Origin: Eledone cirrhosa
Lineage: Eukaryota
Assembly (NCBI GenBank): GCA_964016885.1
Contig: OZ024748.1
Span: forward strand, 27,342,001-27,406,000
DNA: 64,000 nt
Reading direction: 5' to 3'
The position numbers and the translations under genes were made by a program. The notes below the pieces were generated by a model, which had not been told where the DNA came from, searched no databases, and saw only the letters and a program-made list of their open reading frames with translations. Below are positions 27,880 to 42,039 of the stretch, one piece after another (the first letter of the stretch is position 1; the number at the start of each line of letters is the position of its first letter).

Positions 27880-28290
27880 TTCTTTAAAACCCACAGACTC
27901 CCATTCCTACCTCGACTTCACCTCCTCCCACCTTACACACACCAAACACTCCATTCCTTATTCCCAACTCCTCCGGATCCGCCGCCTTTATAGCTGAGAT
28001 GCAAACTTCGAGACCCAGGCCCTTTCTCTGGTTTGTCATTTCACCCGGAGAGGTAACCCCTCTCTCGTCCACGCCGCCCTCACTCGTGCCCATGCAGTCC
28101 GTCGGACAAACCGGACGCCGTCTGGCCGATCGGTTCGCCGAGTACTTCTGCCACATTCGTCTCGGCGGGTGTTCCCCCATCGCCCGACACTTATGCTCCG
28201 CCGGACTTAACCGTCTGCTGCCTGATTGAGCGCCCTGGAACCCCCGATTCTCGACTTGGGGCTGAACAACACACCAACTTCCTATTACAG
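27880..28290 (+). pseudogene. PLE GIY-YIG remnant (Poseidon/Neptune-like)
   Basis: VGQTGRRLADRFAEYFCHIRLGGCSPIARHL. Confidence 0.6.
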
Positions 28291-29599
28291 ACCTGCACCC
28301 CCCCTCGGTTTGAACTCCTCAACCCTCTTCCTTTAGCCTTCGACCGTTCTCCACCCTCCTCTCCCCCTACCCGTCTTTCTCCCCTCCATACTAACACGAC
28401 TAAAAACACTCCCAACATTAACAGTCCCCTCACCTTCCAGCCACACTAACCCCACCCACACATACATATTGACCACTTCACCACTAATAATACTAACACC
28501 CCCAACCTCCTTCCCCTTCACCACACACACACATAAGTATATATATATACACTCACTCATACATATGTAAATAGCACATCCCCTCTCTCTCTCCCTCCCT
28601 CCATACTACCAACACTAACCTCCACCCACACACCCACATCCTACAAACATCTATACTAATAACCCCCCCCCCTCACACACCACCCTCTCCTTTAACGTTA
28701 CCTCTCTTCACACACCACCTCATCTCCTCTCATGTCCACCACATCTTCAGCACACACATACACACACATATACACACATGCCACTCTGACCCACACACAC
28801 CTGCCTGTCTACACTGCTACTTCATCCCACACAGACAGCAATACTACTGCCTCTCGCTCACCAGTCTGTTCTGCCGGCTCCACCTCTTCCCCTCCCTCCC
28901 TCTCACACATTGCCCTGCCATCTCCACTCTCGCCATCCTCTCCCCTACCCGTTTAACGTGACCATCTTACCACTTCCTGTTGCACCACGCGCCCCATAAC
29001 ATTTCACTTCCTCCTCACCATTTCATACAAACCCTACCACAAGGACCTACACTACTCGGATATCGACGTGATTCTACCTTGGAACTTTACCATCCACTTT
29101 CACACACACACCAACATCCATTCAGAAACTTTGACACACACAGACACTTGCACCATTTTTGCACACACGCAACCATACATTTCACACGAACCCACATCAT
29201 CCTCTCTTAACCACACAAACACACACACACGTGCACATTTTCACATACACTCACACTCCATCCCACACTGCCTCCGGATCCCGCAAGATCTCCCCCACCA
29301 CAGCTGACCCTTTTCCATCCACACACACACCTACACGCATACAGGGACTATACACACACAGACATACACTCCACTCCAACACGCAATGGTTTTTTAGAAC
29401 CCACAAGCACGTACACCCGCTCTCACCCGACTCTCACACTTACATCCACGCATACACAAATACGTACATCTACACACACACACCTCACCTTCCGCCATCC
29501 CCGTTCGGATTCCATTTTTTCTCCCCCTCTCTCTCCGCCTCCATCCACCCCTCATGCACCACCACACCCGAGCCCTCCCGGATCCATACACCCCTCTCA

Positions 29600-30282
29600 C
29601 TTTTTTATAATTTTTATTTTCAAGCTCTCTTACTCTACTACAGCCAACATAGAATCAACTATAGAAGAATTTCTAAGGAAAATAACCTACCAACATACAC
29701 CATAGCACCAAATACAAAACACAAACACATAACAACATCAGAACCACCCACACGTCAGGGCACATCGCAACAAAACATCAACAAACCTAAATCTCAGCCC
29801 ATCCCTAACAACGTACACAATCGCAACGGAGAACTGCACACAGGAAGACCTCCAAGTGTAACTGCCACCTGCCGGATAAATGCCCACTACAAAATAGATG
29901 CCTGGAATCAAGTATAGTGTACCTGTGTACTATCAAGTCAGGCAACTTAGCATGGCACTACATAGGTTCTACTGCTGGGGAATTAAAAAAAAGATGGTAT
30001 GTACATAGACATTCTACAAAAAACCGTAGACTAGAGAACTCAACGACGCTGGCCAATAAAATCTGGCAGCTTAAGGACACCAACCAGGAATATGGGATTA
30101 GCTGGTTGAAGTTATTGAGTGCAAGGGCCTACAATAATGGAATGTCCCACTGCGGATTTTGCAATATGGAGCTGCTCCATATTTTAAAGTATGATAAAAT
30201 GCTGCTTAACAACAAAATAAAACGATCAATTTTCTGTAGGCACAAAGCAGCCACCAAGTTCTCTAACTTCAAACCGGCATGA
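29600..30282 (+). pseudogene. PLE linker + GIY-YIG endonuclease
   Basis: LYYSQH...CNCH..CPL; VYLCTI...YIGSTAGELKKRWYVH...STTLA...CGFCNME...LLN...CRH. Confidence 0.85.
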
Positions 30283-31050
30283 TTCGATCCAGCAATCTCA
30301 GAATTCAAGCAGAACCACCCGGGTTTTAATGTACTAGCTCCACACCACCCCACTGTTATTAGCAGTCAACTGACCAACCGATCATTAAATCAACATCATG
30401 AATCTCCCAACATTTCTTTCACTCTCGCTATAGCCGCATCACCTCCATTAAGATAAAACAAACAGTCTGCCAGACCTTAATCACCCATATATCATCACTA
30501 CCCCTTTCACTTTTTATTCTCAATCTACTCCTTCTCCGTCCTTAACCCTACCCCTTATGTCTCATCCTCGAATCCTTATCCTCACACTGTCTCATGTCTC
30601 TTATCTCTTCCTTTCTTACTTATTTTTTTAAAAATTTTTATCTGTTATTTTTAATTTTTTAATTTTTTAACTTTAAACCTCTGAGATTGATTATACATCT
30701 TGTATTTATACTACATATCATGTATTGATTTATACTACATATCATGTATTGATTATACATCTTGTATTTATACTACATATCATGTATTTAGTATTTATTT
30801 TCAGGTTATTGTTATCTTTACCGTCGTCACTATTTTACACATCCACTCACCACTATAACTTCAACTACCACCAACATCATTACTATTATCAGCAATCACA
30901 TTCTGTACTTATTATTTGCTTATTTTTTACATCCTTATCATTTTCATTCTAACTTCTTTATTATTATCTTTTATTATTGATATTATTATTTTCATTCACT
31001 TGATTCTCCGATGTATCTATAAATACCAATGCCATGTGTTACACCCTCCA

Positions 31051-31522
<472 letters not shown>

Positions 31523-31606
31523 ATTTGCTCTACGGTTTTTATGTATTTGATATATATTTTCCTTATCGAGCGCTCTTTGGATTTTAGTCTTCAATTTTAT
31601 TATTAT

Positions 31607-31661
<55 letters not shown>

Positions 31662-32517
31662 AACACAAGAGCAAGGATGAGGGACTCATTCTACTGACAT
31701 GGGTTAAAAGAGGTTGTTTGCATAATTGCAAACTCAGATTATATTTATATATATATATATAAAACGAAGAAGTATATATATCTCTACAAGAGTATAGATA
31801 CATGTAAAGCGTCAAACTGATACTAAATTTGGATCTATGAAGAAATTAATAAAATCAAAAGATTCAGAGCTTAATATAATCATATCTGGAAAAAGCAAAA
31901 AAGATAAGAAAAAAATTTTTACTTACTTTAATATTCCTACTGCAGTTTCAATACTCAGAGTAGAGTATATATAATTCAAATTTAGCTTCGGCATAGCTGT
32001 ATACATACATGTATGTAAATTTCATATATCTAAAGATATACGTCTAGCGGATACCATCAGAAGTAGCAGGGGACAACTATCTGTAGATATACGAAATTCT
32101 CATATACATATAGTACACTTGCGCGCGCGCGCACACACATACACAGACACGCACACACATAGTTTAGAATAACATTTTTCGAATAAGAAAACAGCTAAGT
32201 GTAGGTGAAGACGTTATTACAGCTCAAAATATGAGATCTATTATAGTAAACTACTGAGTAAACAAGAAACAATTTTGACCTCTTTGAGTCATTTTGTATG
32301 CAGCCTGTGAGTGTAAGGTTTTATACAAAGAGGTAAAAATGTTTCTTGTATTTTTTAGAATTAATTCTGATAAATGCAATAATTTGTTTATATGATTAAT
32401 TAACTAATATTTAATTATATGTTTTATGAATGGAAGACACATGCGTTAATTAAAATATAATATAATATATATTTCTTTATTTTTTATTTTTGTTTTTTTA
32501 GATAGATATAATATCAT

Positions 32518-32900
32518 TGTTTCTACTTTTTGCACAAGGCCAGCAATTATCCCAGTGTATTACTGGTACTTTATTTTATCGACCCCGTAAGGACGAAAGG
32601 CAAAGTTAACCTCGGCGGGATTTGAACTCAGACCATAAAAGGACGCAACTCTTTTTTGCTGCAAAGCATGGCGTCCGACCCTCTACCGATATTGCCAATC
32701 CAAGATATAATATAATTGTTTCTATTTTAGGCACAAGGCCAGCAATTACCCAGTACATTACTGGTACTTTATTTTATCGACGCCGTAAGGATGAAAGGCA
32801 AAGTTAACCTCGGCGGCATTTGAACTCAGATCATAAAGGGAAGTAACTCTATGCTTCAAAGCATGGTGTCCGACTCTCTACCGATACTGGCAATCCACAT
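32518..32900 (-). mobile_element. two tandem SINE copies
   Basis: 32520-32703 and 32718-32900 both match the consensus. Confidence 0.85.
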
Positions 32901-33755
32901 AATTAAGTCTTTGGTCTTCTTTTCAATGTTGTATGCATTTATTTATATATTTATAGTTAATATTTTTTGTAAAGGTAAACAACTCTGCATGACTATTGCA
33001 TTTTTGTTTATCTCCCTTGATTATTTTTTTATGACCTAAATTAAGTTGATATTTGCTAGCATCAGCAGAAGTATTGATAGCATTTCTGCCAGGCAAACAA
33101 GAAGGCAGCGCCCATGAGAAGGGGTTCCATCCGGTACTTTGTTTCGGGGCTTAAGGGCTAAGAAGGTCCCACAGTAACCATGTAACATCCATTTTGAGAA
33201 TTTTTTTTGCCTGCTTCGGGCCCCAAAAGTGTTTTGTACCACCTTGCAAAATTTCTCTTGGAGGCCCTGCACGAAGGTATGCGTTCGAGTTCCGCAGGTG
33301 CTAATGTCCACTGTTTCTCCGTTAAGGGAGCTTAAATACCCTATTATTTAAACACTATTTTTCTATAGTAAAAAAAACAAATATTCGATGAAGTTAATAA
33401 CTTTCTCATAAATTAAAAAATCGGCTCATCACACATACATACACACGCACACACAAAGACAGACACACATACACACACACAAACACACACACATACATAC
33501 ACACAGACAAATACACTGACAGACAAACACATAGATAGATAGAGAGAGAGACACACACACATATATATATTTACATATAACTAACAAATAGTTTTATCGC
33601 TCTATATGAAATTATGGAATACAAGAAATGAAAATCTAAGCTTTTCGAATATTAATAATAATATTCGATTCGCTTGCAATTATTCTAACAGCCTCTTAAG
33701 CTCTGTCAGTAGAATGACCCCATCATTCTTGCTCTTATGTTCGCATATAAACAGA

Positions 33756-33802
33756 ACGCCAAACACTAATGTTTCTGGGTTATTACCCTTCATCAGTACC
33801 GT
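33756..33802 (-). ncRNA. hammerhead ribozyme (retrozyme family, inverted arm)
   Basis: acggta-CTGATGA-agggtaataaccca-GAAAC-attagt-GTT-tggcgt. Confidence 0.6.
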
Positions 33803-33828
33803 GCCAACAATATTAGCAGACTGTCTGA

Positions 33829-34043
33829 GGGCGGTGGATTGGCAGTATCGGTAGAGAGTCGGACGCCATACTTTGCAGCAAAGAGTTAAGGCCCTTTATG
33901 ATCTGAGTTCAAATCCCGCCGAGGTTAACTTTGCCTTTCATCCTCACGGAGTCGATAAAATAAAGTACCAGTCACGCACTGGGGTCGATTTAATCGACTT
34001 TCCCCTCGCCCAAAATCCCTGGCCTTGTGCCTATATAAGAAAC
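33829..34043 (+). mobile_element. full-length tRNA-derived SINE with 21-bp target-site duplication
   Basis: A-box tggcagtatcgg, B-box gagttcaaatcc, gcctttcatcct..gtcgataaaataaagtaccag; TSD caatattagcagactgtctga at 33808-33828 and 34044-34064. Confidence 0.9.
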
Positions 34044-34239
34044 CAATATTAGCAGACTGTCTGATCAGCCATATCTGTTTATATGCCAACACAAGAGCAA
34101 GAATAACGGAGCCATTCTACTGACTTAAGAGGTTGTTTGCATCATTGCAAACAAATCGAATATTATTATTAATAATGGCTATTTGTTAGCTATTTGACTA
34201 TAGCAAAGCCAGTCATTAATCGCTCGTATACATAAAATT

Positions 34240-34577
34240 GACTGGCCAGTCTGCTGATATGCACATCTGGCTGATCAGTGGGTCTGCTAATATGCACATC
34301 TGGCTGATCAGTGGGTCTGCTAATATGCACATCTGGCTGATCAATGGGTCTGCTAATATGCACATCTGGCTGATCAGTGGGTCTGCTAATATGCAGATCT
34401 GACTGACCAGGCAGTCTGCTAATATGCACATCTGGCTGATCAGTGGATCTGCTAATATGCAGATCTGACTGACCAGGCAGTCTGCTAATATGCACATCTG
34501 GCTGATCAGTGGGTCTGCTAATATGCAGATCTGACTGACCAGGCAGTCTGTTAATATACAAATCAGGCCGATCAGTC
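34240..34577. repeat. 33-bp tandem repeat, ~10 copies, inside a retrozyme-like unit
   Basis: Unit gtctgctaatatgcacatctggctgatcagtgg; ~3 copies at 51170-51277. Confidence 0.9.
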
Positions 34578-34641
34578 ACTGTATATTCCAGAAAATATCA
34601 TATATTTTCACTTGTTCTGACAGTTGGCAGGTAAACAGTAT

Positions 34642-34688
34642 ACTGTACTGATGAAAGGTAATCACCCAGAAACATTAATGTTTGCCGT
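34642..34688 (+). ncRNA. hammerhead ribozyme (retrozyme family)
   Basis: actgta-CTGATGA-aaggtaatcaccca-GAAAC-attaat-GTT-tgccgt; palindromic stem III. Confidence 0.65.
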
Positions 34689-35382
34689 TCTGTTTATACG
34701 CCAACACAAGAACAAGAATGACGGGATCATTCTTCTGACTTGGTTTACAAGATTTCAAACGAATCAAATATTATTACTAATATTCGAAAAACTCAGATTT
34801 ACATTTATTTACATATATTTATCAATATAGATGCTTAAACTCTACTAACGTATTGAATAGCATTTTTAATTTTAGTCACCTCTTGATAACCAGCAGGAAT
34901 TCATCCATATATATATATATATATAAGTGTGTGTGTGTGTGTGTTTGTGTGTGTTTGTTTGTGTGTGTGTGTGTTTGTGTGTGAGTGCGTGCGCGCGCGT
35001 GCGTTCGTGTGTGTGTGTGTGTATGTGCGTGTAAAAGGTAAACAGAAAAAACAAATCAAAACGGTACAGTATATGGAAGGAATATATTAGTTTAACGCTT
35101 GAAATAGCAGCAAATGGGTCTTAACGTTTCGGACGTTTCTTAATCAGAAGAAAGAATGAACAATTAGAAAGCTTGAGGGGACGGGCAGGGCGGAATCGGA
35201 AAAAACATTTTTTAGAGAAAATAACAGGATTATTCATGTTGACATCTCATGGAAAACTGTTGATGCTGGCGTTTTGTGTATGATTTATTTTTTCAGAAAA
35301 GTGGACAACGCAGCACTTCTATCTGAAAGGAGAAAAAACCGTTTTGTATATAGAATAGAGCTATACGTGTGCACGCGTGTAT

Positions 35383-35516
<134 letters not shown>

Positions 35517-35772
35517 ATACGTCCGTACGAAGCTAAGAGAACATGTGTGTGTATATGTAAGTAAACGAGTGTGTGTGTACGTACAGAGTTGTGAAAGTAA
35601 AAGTAGAGGTGTGTGTGCGTATTTTCTTAGTCTGTATCTGCCGGTAGAGTATAAGTTTCTGACCATAACAGAGCCATAGGAGTGAAATTACACGCGCGTG
35701 TGTGACAACGGACAGGGTAAACATGACGGTGGCAAGGGGTAGAGAAGTAAGCACGAACGTATGTGTGTAATA

Positions 35773-35975
35773 TTAAAGGAATTGGAGTCTATTAGGGAAA
35801 CTGGACCCGAGGCGGAAAATCAAACTCTGCTCTGTTCTGGTGCGCCAGGTCTGTGATCCGTGATGTAAAAGGACACCAAAAACTGAGACATGTAAGGATG
35901 AATGACCTGAGGAACGGAAATGACGAGCGACGGGAGTATCCATACCGAGACGTATGTCCCTCAAATGTTCAGGAA
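35773..35975 (-). pseudogene. PLE GIY-YIG C-terminal remnant
   Basis: EHLRDIRLGMDTPVARHFRSSGHS...RTRTEQSLIFRLGS. Confidence 0.7.
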
Positions 35976-36168
35976 AAACATTTTTCTATAATCTCAGTTG
36001 CTCTCAGTTACTCACTCAATAATAAATAGTTTGAATGTATACGTGAGTCAAGCATTCTCAAAGTGCTAACAAAATGTATAATTGTAATGTAGAGATATAA
36101 AATATACAGAAGCGAAAACCAATCCAAACCAAATAGTGAGTTTGTTTTATTATTTCTGGCAATTTCAT

Positions 36169-36198
<30 letters not shown>

Positions 36199-36205
<7 letters not shown>

Positions 36206-36606
36206 TAAGAGGAATTCCACCTTTGTCTGATTTACTCGTTTTATTTACAATCCTTTAAAATTTATAATGGTATTATAATGAAATAGTATGATAGAATATT
36301 AAATTCTAAGTGTTAATTGAACAAGTACTTTCATGCTTTCGCAATCTTCAGGTTCATAATATGTGGTGACAGTCAAGTTTGCAATTTTCAACTGTCATTC
36401 TTCCCTACAGTTGAAAATTGCAAACTTGACTGTCACCACATATTATGAACCTGAAGATTGCGAAAGCAGGAAAGTACTTGTTCAATTAACACTTAGAATT
36501 TAATATTCTATCATACTATTTCATTATAATACCATATTATATAAATTTTAAAGGATTGTAAATAAAACGAGTAAATCAGACAAAGGTGGAATTCCTCTTA
36601 TTAATA
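36199..36606. mobile_element. near-perfect palindrome carrying two outward minimal HHRs (36318-36356 minus, 36446-36484 plus)
   Basis: ~195-bp arms, ~12-bp spacer; tgaac-CTGAAGA-ttgc-GAAAG-ca(t/g)gaaagta-CTT-gttca. Confidence 0.75.
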
Positions 36607-36654
36607 TAATCTTCTATACACAATCATACACACCCGTGTATATTTATCTATCTA

Positions 36655-36701
<47 letters not shown>

Positions 36702-36772
36702 GTTATTCCGGGTTGAATCGGAGGTAACCACAGTAAGAGACCTATAAATACCATATTTATTTTTTGATACCC

Positions 36773-36823
36773 AGATTCCTGATGATTTCTAATGAATGAA
36801 ACAGTTCTAGTCCTGTAGAATCT
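36773..36823 (+). ncRNA. hammerhead ribozyme
   Basis: agattc-CTGATGA-tttctaatgaat-GAAACAG-ttctagtc-CTGTA-gaatct; broken relatives at ~345-397 (minus) and ~3890-3955. Confidence 0.75.
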
Positions 36824-36835
36824 CATCTATATTAA

Positions 36836-36900
<65 letters not shown>

Positions 36901-37560
36901 TATATATATCAATGATATTAATAAATGGAAACTATATTTATAAAACCATATTTATTTTATTATATATATTTCAAGGGTAACAAGATTTTGGTAAGGCTCT
37001 TATCAGATAAAATACTAAATTTGTTTTATAAATGGTGACATACCCAAGAAACCAGACCTTATCGGTTCAGGTTCAGTTTGGATAGTGAAAGAAATTTCAA
37101 ATCTTAGGATGAATATGTAAATGAGCCTAAATGTACAGTTGAAAAAGATCTTTATATTTAGACGCTAGGTAAATTTAAATATTTAAGGGAAGAAGAGAGC
37201 GAGAGGTTAATATTAATATTAGGGTGTAAGAAAATTTAATGAATGAGTATAAGAAAAAAATTATATTATAGTTAGAAATACACTATTATTATTAAAATAT
37301 AATTGTATGGATCATATCTGTGATGGTGTAATGAGAGTGATACAATTATATTTATTTATTTAATTATAATTATACACCCTGGTAGTATCCATAAAATAAT
37401 ATGAGAACCATAAATGTGTTGAAATGGTTGAATACCAATTTTAAAATTGAGATATACTACTAATTATTGGATCTTTTCTAATCGTGAGTTATAATATTAT
37501 ATAGATAATATTTATAAGTATATTTTATGAAGAATTAAGGTTGTAAGTATATTTTACTTT

Positions 37561-37735
37561 TGGCAGTATCGGTAGAGAGTCGGACGCCATGCTTTGCAGC
37601 ACAGTTACGTCCCTTTACGGACAGTTCAAATCCCGCCAAGGTTAACTTTGCCTTTCATCCTAACGGGGTCGATAAAATAAAGTACCAGTAATACACTGGG
37701 ATAATTGCTGGCATTGTGCCAAATGTAGAAGCAAT
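37561..37735 (+). mobile_element. SINE inserted in PLE 3' region
   Basis: Consensus match. Confidence 0.85.
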
Positions 37736-39037
37736 TATATTACAACAGGTTATTTATATAAATATTTATATAAATAATTTTGGTGAGTATATATGTTTTT
37801 TTCAATAGATAGATAATTTAAATATGTTTATATATGTTAAGGGTTCCGATAAATTTTGTGTTTACATTTACAATATATAGATAAGAAAAAGGAAGTAGTT
37901 CTAGTTTTATTAGAGAAGATTATTTTGTACATTCTATAGTTCAATCATGATAGGAATACATTTACAAAGTTTAGTAAGTTAACGAAGTTATACAGAAAAT
38001 TTAATATTTATGTAAAGTTTAGTTGTTACTTAGAAGAAATGTTTAAGCGTGTTACATTATAAAGGAAAGATAACTCCAATATTTCTTAGTTAAAATAGTT
38101 AGGTTACATTTGTCGTTTATACTAGAATTTACTTTAAAAGAATATTCAATTAGGATATTTGCAAAATATATGTAGAAAAATGTTATATATTATTTTGTAT
38201 ATGATTTCAAAGTATCCTATAGTACATATTTTCAAAGATAAAAATTCTTTTATATATGTATTTATATAGCATTATCTACATCGCTGCAAATGTTAATGTC
38301 TGTATAGTCAATTATGAAGAAATATTAGAGGCATCCAAAGTATATTCAGAAACATCATTAAAACTATCACAAGAAAGATATATTTCAAATTATCATTTAA
38401 AAAATCATTTGAAAAGAGTATCATTTGAAAAATATCACTTAAAAAGAAAAACATCATCCAATAATCGCCGCAAAACATCAACAAAACATAGTGAAGACAT
38501 ATAAAATGTAAACAAGTGAGGTATAGATAGTATTTTCTATAGATTATAGATGCTTCTGAATGTTTTGGTTTGGCGATGTCTACAAGAACTGAATAATTCT
38601 TTCTTTTTGTTAATAGAGTTTTGGCAGGTAAGTATATGAAAAATTTTCTCAATACACAAATGACAAATTCTTGAGAGAGCCATATTTCGGTATACGGGCG
38701 CTTTCGAAATCGTTCCCCAAGAGATTGACTAGTCAATATTATTGTCTTTTAAGTACCAAATTAGATGTGAAAGTGATGTTGAACATTTTTTGTCTGATCT
38801 ATTAAATGTATGTTTATGATTATACCAGCGTTCCTTAAATTTTGTAGAAGTGGCTCCTATATAGTTATATATTTTATCTCTAGTTTTTATTATGGATTTA
38901 TATACTAAGTTTTTATCTAGACAATTATTCTGTAAAGGGCAATTTAATTCGTTTCTACAGTTACATTTTCCAGAGTTGTTGTCAATAGGAACGGTACAAT
39001 TATTATTAGTATTAATATTGTTATTAGTAATATTAAT

Positions 39038-39149
39038 TGTTTCTACTTTAGGCACAAGGCCAGCAATTACCCAGTGCATTACTGGTACTTTATTTTATCG
39101 ACCCCGTAAGGATGAAAGGCAAAGTCAACCTCGTCGGGATTTGAACTCA
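39038..39149 (-). mobile_element. 5'-truncated SINE inserted in the PLE ORF
   Basis: Flanked by duplicated tattagtaatattaat. Confidence 0.85.
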
Positions 39150-40420
39150 ATATTAGTAATATTAATATTGTTATTTTGGTTTATTTTGTTTGGGTTTAAA
39201 TTTAAGTTTCTATTATTAATTCTATTAATATTTTGTGCTATGTTCATAGTAGTAGAGTAAGATAATTTTATAATATGTCTGTTAAAAATAGAATGGTATC
39301 TATGGGATTTAGGAAAACATTTATCTAATGCTTTGAAAAATATGTTTGCTACATGTGTTTTAACTCTTAATGAGAATGGGGGAGAGTACTAAATAATATT
39401 TCTAGTTCTAGTTCTTTTGTTTGATTTACTATTTATGTTAAATTGCTTTTTATTATTATTATAGCAAATTTTAGGATGATTTTGCATGTTATTGTTATCT
39501 AAGTATTTAATTTTATTCCTGTAACCAGCTCTATGTAGAGCGTCATTGTAATATTCTGCCTTATTTTCAAAACTATTTTTATTAGCTGAAATGCGTGAAA
39601 TTCATTGTTGGACACTATTGACAATAGTATTTTTTACATTTCTAGGATGGTTAGAATGGAAGCTTACATAGTTTAGGTTTTCATTAATCTTATGGAAAGG
39701 GTAATATAGACCTGAGCTAAGGTTTAAAGTGACAAATTTTTAATTTAAGGTTGTAATTATTTAAAAATTCAATGAAACTTTTCTTTTTCCTATTAAGTTC
39801 GCTATTGCTATGGTTGTCGACTATAAATAACATATCTTCGCGATATAAACCTCCGGCCATCTCTGGCATTTTTCTATGTAATACATTAAGAATAAATATT
39901 CCAACGAGGTCTGTTACTTGGGCTGAGTCAGATGATCCCATTGTGATATCGAAATTGTTCTGTCTGTCAGCCCTTGTCCAGAGATAGTTATTAAATTCAA
40001 TTAGGTTTTACGTGCGGTTAAAATGATATTTATTTCTTCACTAGATAAGTCGGTATATTTTGAAGCATAAATAAGTGCCTTATTAAGTAAGTTAGGGGTA
40101 ATTGACGAGTATTTTGGTACCCTTGAAATATATATAATAAAATAAATATATATAATAAAAATAAATATATATAATAAAATAAATATATATAATAAAATAA
40201 ATATAAAATAAAGATAGTTTCCATTTATTAATATCATTGATATTATACTCCAGAAGAAAACAGTAGAGTGCTTCGAATCTGTTATAAATAAATTTGTTGA
40301 ATAACCAACACATTAAATATCTCTTGCTTATATATATATATATATATAAATATATATTATACTCTGCTTTGTATTGAGTACGTTACTTACTGTGGTTACC
40401 CCCGATTGAACCTGGGATAA

Positions 40421-40455
<35 letters not shown>

Positions 40456-40614
40456 ATAATATTAATATTTATACTTATATATCGTTTATATATAATTATA
40501 GTACTAGCCGGTTACCGGTAGGAGAAAAGGCTCAATGTAATTTATCAAATGTATTACAGAGCCGAGATGCAAAATATAAAACAATCAAATCTTAGTTTAA
40601 TTAGTTTTGTATAA

Positions 40615-40654
<40 letters not shown>

Positions 40655-40705
40655 AGTAAGTCAAATATGTAAAATTTGGCTTTGTTTATTATAAATTATA
40701 AATTT

Positions 40706-40760
40706 ACTGCTATATATATTTCGGTGACAGCCATCATTGGCTATGACCTCTTCAGGCAAT
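40706..40760 (-). ncRNA. hammerhead ribozyme, canonical
   Basis: attgc-CTGAAGA-ggtcatagccaatgatggctgtcacc-GAAA-tatata-TA-gcagt. Confidence 0.8.
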
Positions 40761-40870
40761 CGGAATTGGTGAGAAAAAGACAGGTACACTTGTTGTTGAA
40801 GTGTGTTTCACTCCGTCAATACATCGATATGTCCAGCTCTTGGGTGTGTTGTTATTCCTCCGAGGAACTG

Positions 40871-40922
<52 letters not shown>

Positions 40923-41489
40923 TATCGAGAATCGGAATCTCGGCCCACGAAATAACGAAACACAATCTTCGAAATGCATGGCAAAGGGCTCAATAGTTTG
41001 GAAAAACCAGAGCTATAACTATCGTTTAAATACCAACACATAGAGACAATGCTTAAAATCATTCGCACAGCCGAAAAAACGACCAGGAAAATTCGGGTCA
41101 TACAAATAATAAATTAATAAATTAATAAATTAAATGAATGAAAAATCTTACCCGGACCCGCTAGAAGGATGTTAAATTCTAGCTTTTTGGGTTTCTGCGG
41201 TTCCTTAATCAATTACCGTCAGCCTACATAAAAAATATATCTGACTTCTGGCAAAAAGACGAACGAGGAAACCACTTTCTCAGCAGGCATTTCGTTCAAA
41301 AATACAGAGGCACCCGTTACTAAACGCACGTGGGGTCCAGCAAGGGAGGGAACCCCTATATTAGGCGAATGAATTCAGTAGTGTATAATTTGTAAAAATA
41401 CAAAATATCACATATCGAATTAGAGTTCTCAACAGACGGGTTAAAATTAACAAGAGCTATTCATCAGTCAATAAGATCAACTAAAAAAT

Positions 41490-41528
<39 letters not shown>

Positions 41529-41598
41529 AAACTTGGACGGGAACAAAAACAGAGAGGCAGTACAAATAAAAGTTTATTAGGTTCACGCTCTTGAGAGT

Positions 41599-41629
<31 letters not shown>

Positions 41630-41631
41630 GG

Positions 41632-41665
41632 CATTTCGGGCATAAGCCCTTTATCAGGAGAAAAG
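41632..41665 (-). ncRNA. partial HHR (G8A, 3' half disrupted by a C/CA run)
   Basis: CTGATAA-agggcttatgccc-GAAA. Confidence 0.4.
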
Positions 41666-41896
41666 TGGGTAGGAAGTGAGTTCCGATGGTGTGTGGAGGA
41701 ATGGTGGCTCTCCACCACTCCCCCGCACACTTTTTAGAAAAAAAGGGGGGGGGGGGGAGAAAAGGGAGGAAAAACGGTGGAAGGGGTACAAATAAAAATA
41801 AAAATAAACATAAAGATAAACAAGTGGTGGAAAGGTGTGAGGCGTGTAGGGGTGGTGGAAGGGGTGAGGAATTAACACGTGATGTATTATTTTATA

Positions 41897-41948
<52 letters not shown>

Positions 41949-42039
41949 AAATAATACATCACGTGTTAATTCCTCACTCCGCCTATAGAGATTTTCTCAC
42001 TTGCTACAAACACGTTTGGAAAATGTTCTTCCCTGAGGT

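Larger units (their letters stand above)
36905..40245 (-). mobile_element. 5'-truncated Penelope-like element with inverted 5' terminal copy
   Basis: RT MGSSDSAQVTDLVG...GGLYREDMLF; CNCRNELNCPLQNNCL...VY...YIGATSTKFKERWYNH; HHR-like motif at 36954-37013 (CTGATAA); 40110-40245 is the inverse of 36905-36990. Confidence 0.9.

Noticed and set aside
33036-33311. 91-aa ORF as a host exon
   Set aside because: No recognisable protein; cagcgcc/ggccctg ends suggest a small non-autonomous DNA element.
33829-33920. tRNA gene
   Set aside because: A and B boxes are present but there is no cloverleaf; it continues into the SINE body and has a TSD.
34190-34579. CRISPR array or repeat-protein gene
   Set aside because: A 33-bp head-to-tail repeat without spacers inside a dispersed element; no support for an exon.
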